A stretch of 64,000 nt of DNA from an uncultured Actinomycetota bacterium (GTDB lineage: Bacteria; Actinomycetota; Actinomycetes; CAVWCF01), in assembly GCA_963753435.1 (NCBI GenBank), contig CAVWCF010000001.1, positions 224,001 through 288,000 on the forward strand, written 5' to 3'. Positions 59,659 through 64,000 of this stretch are shown in pieces; position 1 is the stretch's first letter; every line of letters begins with the position of its first letter. The position numbers and the translations under genes were made by a program. The notes below the pieces were generated by a model. It was given only the letters and a program-made list of their open reading frames with translations. It had not been told where the DNA came from and made no database searches.

Positions 59659-62233
59659 CGATTGGACTCACCCTTCGGGCGGCCCGCCAGCGTTTGTGCA
59701 AGGCGTCGGCAACGATGACCGCCGGGGCCGTCGCCAGCGCAATTACCCAACCGACGGGCGGCGGCCAGGCACCTCCGAAGAGCCGTTGTGCGGCCGGCCA
59801 GGCCAACAACGTGGCGGCCAGGATCGCCGAGACGCTGACTGACCAGGCCAGCAACGGGTTGCCGTGCCAACCGACTCGCCCCACCCAGCGCGCCTCACTA
59901 CGGCACGCGTAGGCATTTGCGATCTGTCCGGCTACGACGGCCGCGAAGGCAGCTCCCGAGGCCGCGGCCAGGGTCGCCGATGAAGGAGTTGCCCCCCAGA
60001 CCCAGCCGGCGGCCAGCAGCACGGAAGTCGCGGCCGTCAACTCCACTACCGCTTCGGTAGGGCCCAGTACCCCGAAGACACGGCGCAGGAGTTGCCCATC
60101 GATCAAACGTTTGGTCCGCATCGGGCCTTGCAGCGTGCGCGGGTTGGCCGGTTCCGCACCCAGCGCCACCGCCGGCAGCACGTCCGTTCCGATGTCCAGG
60201 GCGAGAACCTGCAGCACGCTCAGGACCAACGGGTACGACCCTCCGGACAGCGCCCACAGACCGAACGGAGCCAACTCGGCGACGTTGTCCGTCAGGTGGA
60301 ACGTGAGGAACCGGCGCATGTTCGCGAACGTGGCTCGGCCCAGCTCCACCGCTGCGACGATGGTTGCCACGTGGTCGTCCAGCAGCACCAGGTCTGCCGA
60401 TTCGCGTGCGACGTCAGTGCCCGACGCGCCCAGGGCGATGCCGATATCCGCTCGGGACAGAGCCGGGCCGTCGTTGACCCCGTCACCGGTCATGGCGACA
60501 ACGTGCCCACGTTCCTGCAGGGCCACAGCGATGCGCACCTTGTCTTCAGGGGTCGCTCTGGCAATGATCAGGCCGTCCCGGTCGATCATCTGCCCGATCG
60601 CAGCCGTGTTGGTCGGCAGTTGCGAGGCCACAATCGGCGGAACGTCGTCGCGAGCGAAGCCCACCTCCCTGCCAATCGCTGCCGCGGTGGCTGGGTGGTC
60701 GCCGGTGACCATCAGGAGTTGGATTCCGGCCCGTCGCAATTCAGCCAGGGCCGCAGCCGCGCCCTCTCGGGGCGGGTCCTCAAGGGCGACCACGCCGAGC
60801 AGGCGCAGGTCTGCTTCTACGGAATCGGCGTCGCTGCCGGAACAGTCGCTTGCGCGCGTCTCGCGCTCGGCCACGGCCAGTACCCGCAACCCCCGATCGG
60901 CAAAGGAGTGCGCGGCCGCATTCGCCGCGGCAAGGACGCTGCCGTCGTCGCGGCAAAGAGGCAGGACGCTGTCGATAGCTCCCTTGACGGCCACTCGGTC
61001 CGCGGTCACCACGGACATACGCCGGCGGCGGGGGTCGAACGGAAAGCGGCAGCGGACAGATGCGGCCATATCGGCGGTGGGGACTCCGGCGCGCAGGGCC
61101 AGGACATGGAGGGCCACTTCCATCGGATCGCCATGGGGGCGGTGTCCGTCGGCTTCGGAAATCAACCTCCCGGTCGATGCCAGCACACTGGCCAGTGCCG
61201 TGTCCTGAGCCAAATAGGTGTCGGCAAGCGGGAGCGGCGGGCTCGGTCGGTAGCCAGATGGCTCGATCTCTAGCGGGCCGTGCGGCGTCCACACCGCAAC
61301 AACTGACATCTGGTTGGTGGTCAGCGTGCCGGTCTTGTCGGTGCACAAGACCGTTGTCGAACCCAGCGTCTCCACGCTTTCGAGTGACCGGACCAGCGCC
61401 TGTCGGTCGGCCATTCGCTGTGCGCCACGGGCCAGCGACAGGGTCACCGTAGGAAGTAGTCCCTCCGGCACCAGGGCGACCGTGACGCCCACCGCCAAGA
61501 GAAAGCCGTCCCGGCCGGGCAGGCCCAGCAGCAGCGACAACGCGAAGAACCCAACTCCGGTCAAGACGGCAACTACCGCTATTGCCCGGACAACGCCGTG
61601 CAACTGCGTGGCAAGTGGTGACGGACGGCGCGAGCCTGCTTGGGAGAGGAGGGCGATGCCGGCTAGACGAGTTCGGCTGCCGATCGCGACAACTTCACCT
61701 TGGGCGTAGCCCTCGGTGACGAAGGTGCCGGCCCAGGCTGTCGCGTCGGCGACTGGATGCACGGATTTGGTCTCGCCGGTAAGCATCGATTCGTCGACCG
61801 TGAGCCCGTCGACAGTGACGAGACGTAGGTCGGCGCACACCCGGTCCCCGGACTCGAGGAGAACAAGATCGCCGACAACCAAGTCGACCGCGGAAATGGT
61901 GATGGGCTTGCCGTCGCGTACCACCGTGGCGCGTACTGGCAGTAGGTCTCGCAGCCGGGCGGCTGCTTGATCCGCGCGGTACTCCTGAACGAACGCGAAC
62001 ACACCGTTGATGACGATGATGACTGCGATGGCGATGGACAGTTCTGGCAGGCCCGCCAGTGCCGCCAGGACGACGGCCACCCACAGCATCACGGCGAAGA
62101 AGTGGGTGACCTGCGCGAGTAGCATCCAACCGGCAGCGGGCCTGGCCGCTTCCGGAATCTGGTTGGGTCCATCACGCCGCAGGGACGCCGCCGCTGCTGC
62201 CGACGTCAGCCCTGGTAGGGCCGTCGTGCTCAC
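59642..62233 (-). CDS. Cation-transporting P-type ATPase (type II)
   Basis: DESMLTGET, VPEGL, CTDKTGTLT, KGA, TGDH, TGDGVND, DIGTD. Confidence 0.92.
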   Translation of the reverse strand: MSTTALPGLTSAAAAASLRRDGPNQIPEAARPAAGWMLLAQVTHFFAVMLWVAVVLAALAGLPELSIAIAVIIVINGVFAFVQEYRADQAAARLRDLLPVRATVVRDGKPITISAVDLVVGDLVLLESGDRVCADLRLVTVDGLTVDESMLTGETKSVHPVADATAWAGTFVTEGYAQGEVVAIGSRTRLAGIALLSQAGSRRPSPLATQLHGVVRAIAVVAVLTGVGFFALSLLLGLPGRDGFLLAVGVTVALVPEGLLPTVTLSLARGAQRMADRQALVRSLESVETLGSTTVLCTDKTGTLTTNQMSVVAVWTPHGPLEIEPSGYRPSPPLPLADTYLAQDTALASVLASTGRLISEADGHRPHGDPMEVALHVLALRAGVPTADMAASVRCRFPFDPRRRRMSVVTADRVAVKGAIDSVLPLCRDDGSVLAAANAAAHSFADRGLRVLAVAERETRASDCSGSDADSVEADLRLLGVVALEDPPREGAAAALAELRRAGIQLLMVTGDHPATAAAIGREVGFARDDVPPIVASQLPTNTAAIGQMIDRDGLIIARATPEDKVRIAVALQERGHVVAMTGDGVNDGPALSRADIGIALGASGTDVARESADLVLLDDHVATIVAAVELGRATFANMRRFLTFHLTDNVAELAPFGLWALSGGSYPLVLSVLQVLALDIGTDVLPAVALGAEPANPRTLQGPMRTKRLIDGQLLRRVFGVLGPTEAVVELTAATSVLLAAGWVWGATPSSATLAAASGAAFAAVVAGQIANAYACRSEARWVGRVGWHGNPLLAWSVSVSAILAATLLAWPAAQRLFGGAWPPPVGWVIALATAPAVIVADALHKRWRAARRVSPIATSSS

Positions 62234-62369
62234 GATCTGACAGTGGATCCAGCCAGCTGATATGGGTACATCCGAAGGTCCCTGGCGAGATCACATCCGC
62301 CGGGTCGTCGAGGCCATCGGATCCTGTGGCGACTGCCGCATGCCTTTGCTGTGGCGACAGAATGAGCCA

Positions 62370-62675
62370 ATGACCCAGCACTTCGAGTTCGACGCGGAGC
62401 TGTTTGAGTGGGAAGGCAACGGCGCCTGGCATTTCGTCGCCGTACCGGCAGATGTGGCTGACGAAATCGAAGGTGCGGCCACAGTCAAGCGTGGCTTTGG
62501 CTCAGTGCCAGTTCGAGCAACGGTCGGCCACACGACCTGGGAGACGTCAGTGTTCCCGGACAAGGGTCGCGGTACGTACCTGCTCCCCGTGAAGAAGGCC
62601 GTGCGCGTCGCGGAGGACTGGCATGACGGAGCAACCACAACAGTCGTGCTGCAGATACGGGAACAACTGACCTGA
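62370..62675 (+). CDS. DUF1905 family protein
   Basis: FEFDAEL..W...AWHFV..P, RGFGSVPV.ATVG.T.W.TSVFP, YLLPVKK.VR. Confidence 0.88.
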   Translation: MTQHFEFDAELFEWEGNGAWHFVAVPADVADEIEGAATVKRGFGSVPVRATVGHTTWETSVFPDKGRGTYLLPVKKAVRVAEDWHDGATTTVVLQIREQLT

Positions 62676-62726
62676 GCCGACCCGGCTACTTCGGGCGCCC
62701 AAATGCCCTCGCCGGCCTACTCCGGC

Positions 62727-62933
62727 CTAGTCGGCTTCGTACTTGAACGACAGTTGCAGCTTCGTCCGGTAGGTGAGGCCGCCATCAGCGTTCACCTGGA
62801 TGTCTTGCTTGGTCACTTCGGCGATTCGTAGATCGCGTAGTGAACCGCCAGCCGTCTTGACCGCTTCAGCGGCCGCTTCCTCCCAGGACGAGCTGCTCGT
62901 CCCGATGACGTCGATGACGCGGTACACGCTCAT
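62727..62933 (-). CDS. Dodecin family flavin-binding protein
   Basis: MSVYRVIDVIGTS..SWEEAA..AV..A...LR, YRTKLQLSFKYE; GGAGG SD. Confidence 0.9.
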   Translation of the reverse strand: MSVYRVIDVIGTSSSSWEEAAAEAVKTAGGSLRDLRIAEVTKQDIQVNADGGLTYRTKLQLSFKYEAD

Positions 62934-63011
62934 GAGTGCCTCCATGTGGTCGTAATCCGAGTGTGGACCAGAACCAGCCGGTCGTGTTCCGAAACGCCAG
63001 GATCCGCGGCT

Positions 63012-63998
63012 TCAGCCGCGGCCCGGTGGCTCGCGTCGGGTCGGCTCTCGGGTCGGCTCCGAGCGGGACTCCGCTTGCCGCTGCAACAGGTGGGTGCCTC
63101 GATCGACAATCAAGACAATGAGGGCCGCCGCCGCGAAGACGGCCACGGCGCCCGTTACCGATTCCAGTAGCTCGGGTGCGGCAATCAGCACGACGGCGAG
63201 AGTGATCATCACGGTCCCGCTGAGGAGTTTCAGGAGCCGTCCGTGTCTCTCCTGGACTCGAGCAGCCCGCAATGTGACCACCGCGAGTGTGAAGACGATC
63301 AGTTCATCAAGCAGGAACACGGCCATATACACGGCAAACAGGGCCGCTGCCGTCCCGAAAGAGACGTCGTTGGCCGCCAAGAGACTGGTCCACAACAGCG
63401 GCAGCCCCGCCGTGCAGGGCGTTTCCAGCAGCGAGACGCCGACAGCCAACACGGCCGTACCACCGAGCACGGCCGCCCAGGATCGGCCGGGTGCGGCCAC
63501 TGCGCGCATGCGCTGGTAGATCCCAGGTTTGCTGCTATCGGGGATGGACAAGGTCGGCCCCTCGTGGAGCCGGAAGTAATCCTTCACGTGGATGAGGCCG
63601 AAGAGCAGCGCGGTGGCCGCAACGACCAACCGGATCCACCCGATGCTGGAGACGAAGTCCAATGCGCTGTAGAGCCCGGTCATGTAGAGGCCGTACATGG
63701 CGGCCGTGACCACAAGGAAGACCACGCCAACGCCGAAGACGCGGCCGCGGCTACCGGAGTGCAGGACTATCGCCAGCAGGATTGAAAGCACCCACAAGGA
63801 ACATGGGTTGACGCCGTCAACGAATCCAATTAGCACGGTGCTGACCAGGAGCGACTGTTCGCCGACCTTGACATCGCCCACAATTGGTATGGACACAGCA
63901 GCCTCGGTCGTCGTCTCAGGAGAGCGACCCAGCTGCACAGCCGCGACGGTTGTGGCGATGTCGTCCGCTATGGAGTCGGAGAAGCCCACCCAGTAGCG
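63012..63998 (-). CDS. Glutaredoxin-fused DsbD/CcdA-like membrane protein (5' truncated by window edge)
   Basis: Frame is open to the edge (RYWVGFSD...); DGVNPCSLWVL and ETPCTAG cysteine pair within a TM bundle. Confidence 0.75.
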   Translation of the reverse strand, partial: RYWVGFSDSIADDIATTVAAVQLGRSPETTTEAAVSIPIVGDVKVGEQSLLVSTVLIGFVDGVNPCSLWVLSILLAIVLHSGSRGRVFGVGVVFLVVTAAMYGLYMTGLYSALDFVSSIGWIRLVVAATALLFGLIHVKDYFRLHEGPTLSIPDSSKPGIYQRMRAVAAPGRSWAAVLGGTAVLAVGVSLLETPCTAGLPLLWTSLLAANDVSFGTAAALFAVYMAVFLLDELIVFTLAVVTLRAARVQERHGRLLKLLSGTVMITLAVVLIAAPELLESVTGAVAVFAAAALIVLIVDRGTHLLQRQAESRSEPTREPTRREPPGRG

Positions 63999-64000
63999 GT

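Noticed and set aside
58976-64000. Intact integrative element at tRNA-Leu
   Set aside because: No integrase or att duplication is seen within the window; kept only as a low-confidence boundary.

Overview
High-GC actinobacterial chromosomal DNA, almost all conserved core genome, spanning the replication terminus. A 28-bp actinobacterial dif (XerCD) site lies at 15106-15133, and gene orientation converges on it from both sides. Left of dif: mscS, an SDR, the conserved pgsA2-DUF881-sbp-DUF881-gcvH-garA-MerR-DUF151-MerR block, a tandem glycine riboswitch with gcvP, and a glutamate-cysteine ligase family gene. Right of dif: rbpA (SigR/SigH-type promoter), fxsA-ppm1-lnt, a frameshifted helY, tatCA, pafCB, two FKBPs, the full Pup-proteasome locus (pafA, prcA, prcB, pup, dop, arc), trmI, a RecB-family nuclease with a PafBC-type promoter, an ABC exporter, metH, PAC2, mshC with its conserved neighbours, uppP, tRNA-Leu(GAG), and a short accessory-looking tail (P-type ATPase, DUF1905, dodecin, a redoxin/DsbD-like gene). 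I saw no CRISPR array, transposase, integrase or prophage. I could not identify a clearly new multi-gene system. The best leads are non-coding sites and a few small uncharacterised proteins: two Cys-rich putative zinc-binding proteins with distinctive upstream motifs, and an 11-aa-repeat protein. All calls come from reading motifs and synteny by eye; no database searches were run.
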